DNA from: Paraspadella gotoi
Lineage: Eukaryota; Animalia; Chaetognatha
Assembly: GCA_051294375.1 (NCBI GenBank)
Contig: CM119264.1
Coordinates: 3,542,689-3,606,688 of the forward strand
Direction: 5' to 3'
DNA length: 64,000 bases
The position numbers were made by a program, and so were the translations under genes. The number at the start of each line of letters is the position of its first letter. Position 1 is the first letter of the stretch. The notes beneath the pieces are model-generated. The model saw nothing but the letters and a program-made list of their open reading frames with translations, had not been told where the DNA came from and did no database searches. Shown here piece by piece: positions 62,693 to 64,000 of this stretch.

Positions 62693-64000
62693 GAGGCCCT
62701 TTCTCAACCCGACGCTTTCGCTTTTTTATTATATTCAAACGTTTTTCGCGTTGAATGAAGTTTTAATTTTTTCGTTCTCTCAGAAAAATAGTGTGGTTTT
62801 TTTTCGGAGTAGTTAGGAAGAAACAGTGATACATTTTATACGTATACACATGTGAAAAAAATATCAAATTCCTAGGTTTTATTGGTGGGTTTGAGGGCGG
62901 GAAGACTTACCCTTTTTTGGTCGCTTTGGTGTTACATTCCAATTGATTGATTTTAATTATTTTGTAAACCAATTACGCTTTATTCCTGGAAAAAAAAAAG
63001 AGAGCGCCTGGTATTGAGTTATTGGGTGAAATTGGCCTTTTTCAGTGATTTTTTTTCATTTTCTTTTTCAAAGTGTAATTTTGGTTTGCCTTTTATGTGA
63101 GCTAATTGGCATTGCATTTCAACCCTTCATGGTTAATGACATACTGGAAAAAAAAGACAATGACGCCTGCTGCCGTCCCTGATAAGTTCTTGAAAAAAGG
63201 TTTATCCAAACAGCGATTCTATGGAACACTTCAACAGACTTTATAAGACTCCCCTAAACCTAAATTTCTAACACTGTCTTATGTTATAATGGCGTTTTCA
63301 CATTTTTTCGACCGACCAACCACGGTTCCATTCCATACTTTGACCCGCTTTTTAATATTATTCCTCACAATCTTAACTGTTTGCGAAATATATATTCTCA
63401 ACACCAGGCTCGTTGCTTCTTACAAAAGCGCAAGGCTAGTTTAAATTGAGTTTTGTAATTAACATGTAGATAAAAATACCTGTAAATATTGATCAAGTTG
63501 TGATTTATTGACTCGTTTGCACAATTTGCCTATTGCATAGTTTTAAATAAGTATTAGATTGAGTTAATAGTAAGTAAACTATGGTAATTCTTGTTGTGAA
63601 ACTTCCGTTTTGATTTTATATTCAAGTTGATGAATTGATTTATCTCATGGAGATAAAATCGCTTACTTCATGGAATAATTCGTGCACATATTTGTAAATT
63701 AGCCGATAGTTCTCCGAATAACTAGTCAGTAAATCATGTCTGTAGTGCTTTATTGATATGACGTAAATATCAAATATGAATGTTAATTTGTAAAACAAAG
63801 AAGCTAATGATTCCGTGAAATAAATACGATTAAAAAAAAACGATTGGGGAAATTTTTTTTATAGAGTAAGCCCCTGAATGTGTGTTTGTCGTTACTACCC
63901 TGTGAAACTTTATCACCATACTATGTCTATGATTGCTTTATCTCTTGTAATTGGTCGACCATCTTTGGGTACTTTGTCACGTCATAATACATTTAAATTA

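Overview
Eukaryotic (metazoan, probably invertebrate) genomic DNA: AT-rich, with short GT-AG introns and many (GA)n/(CT)n microsatellites. Bases 1-22.7 kb are repeat-rich and hold no gene I can name, only SINE/MITE copies, minisatellites, decayed coding remnants and a few candidate minus-strand exons. At 22.7-26.65 kb is a Penelope-like retroelement (RT + GIY-YIG, frameshifted) bounded by ~520-bp inverted repeats. Each repeat carries a minimal hammerhead ribozyme, and the element has a probable 11-bp target-site duplication and a ~36-nt terminal extension. Three tandem secreted LDLa-trypsin protease paralogs follow (27.5-38.7 kb). All have an unusual Tyr|VVGG activation site, and two share a GATA/E-box/Su(H)-site/TATA promoter module. 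A flotillin-1 5' fragment missed by the ORF track sits on the minus strand (39.4-39.9 kb). A compact same-strand cluster fills the rest: FPPS-like prenyltransferase, JNK, FICD, SNX29 and PP2A B56 (gamma/delta type). All gene models were spliced by eye; no database searches were run.
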